From Octopus vulgaris (lineage: Eukaryota): 64,000 nucleotides of DNA. The position numbers and the translations under genes were made by a program. The stretch spans positions 3,968,001 through 4,032,000 of the forward strand of contig OX597835.1 of NCBI GenBank assembly GCA_951406725.2, written 5' to 3'. Under the pieces are notes generated by a model. That model searched no databases and was not told the origin of the DNA. It saw nothing but the letters and a program-made list of their open reading frames with translations. Numbering within the stretch: position 1 is the stretch's first letter; each line of letters begins with the position of its first letter. Shown piece by piece: positions 63,630-64,000 of the stretch.

Positions 63630-64000
63630 ATAATGGTGATGGTGATGATGGCAGTCTAATGTTAGTGTAGCTCACCACAATAAGTAAGTGTAAGAATGGT
63701 CGGAGTCTGAGACAAGCCCGGAAGATTGATTTAGTGCTTTTCTGGAATTGAGCCGTTATAAATATTTCATGGTTTGTATTCATATCTCCTTTAGTTCTGA
63801 CAATTTCAAAGTAACAATGGAGTGAGCCAATGTTAATAAAACACATCACATCAGCAAAGTATTTTACTAATTTTTTACTTGTTTCAGTCATTTGGCCATG
63901 CTGGAGCACCACCTTTAGTCGAGCAAATCGACCCCAGGACTTATTCTTTATAAGCCTAGTACTTATTCTATCAGTCTGTTTTGCCGAACCGTTAAGTTAC

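Overview
AT-rich, repeat-dense animal genomic DNA. The SINE, RTE and microsatellite landscape suggests an octopus or other coleoid cephalopod (inference). The window holds most of one protein-coding gene on the minus strand, WDR1/AIP1 (actin-interacting protein 1). I traced 14 coding exons by hand, from the ATG at 47845 down to 3250: 1539 nt, 513 codons, with consistent phases. The last exons lie beyond the window start. One intron (6825-7974) is a minor-spliceosome U12 AT-AC intron. Exons 2-7 appear twice, on either side of a 100-N gap, most likely as an uncollapsed haplotype. The second copy has a scrambled exon 4 and six purely synonymous changes in exon 6. The rest is transposon-derived: several tRNA-derived SINE families, RTE/CR1/R4-type LINE fragments, hAT-, piggyBac- and MULE-type MITEs, a non-autonomous Helitron, a 163-bp satellite made from a SINE head, and long microsatellites. 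Penelope-type repeats carry minimal type I hammerhead ribozyme motifs. Almost all ORFs in the supplied track are spurious repeat or microsatellite translations.
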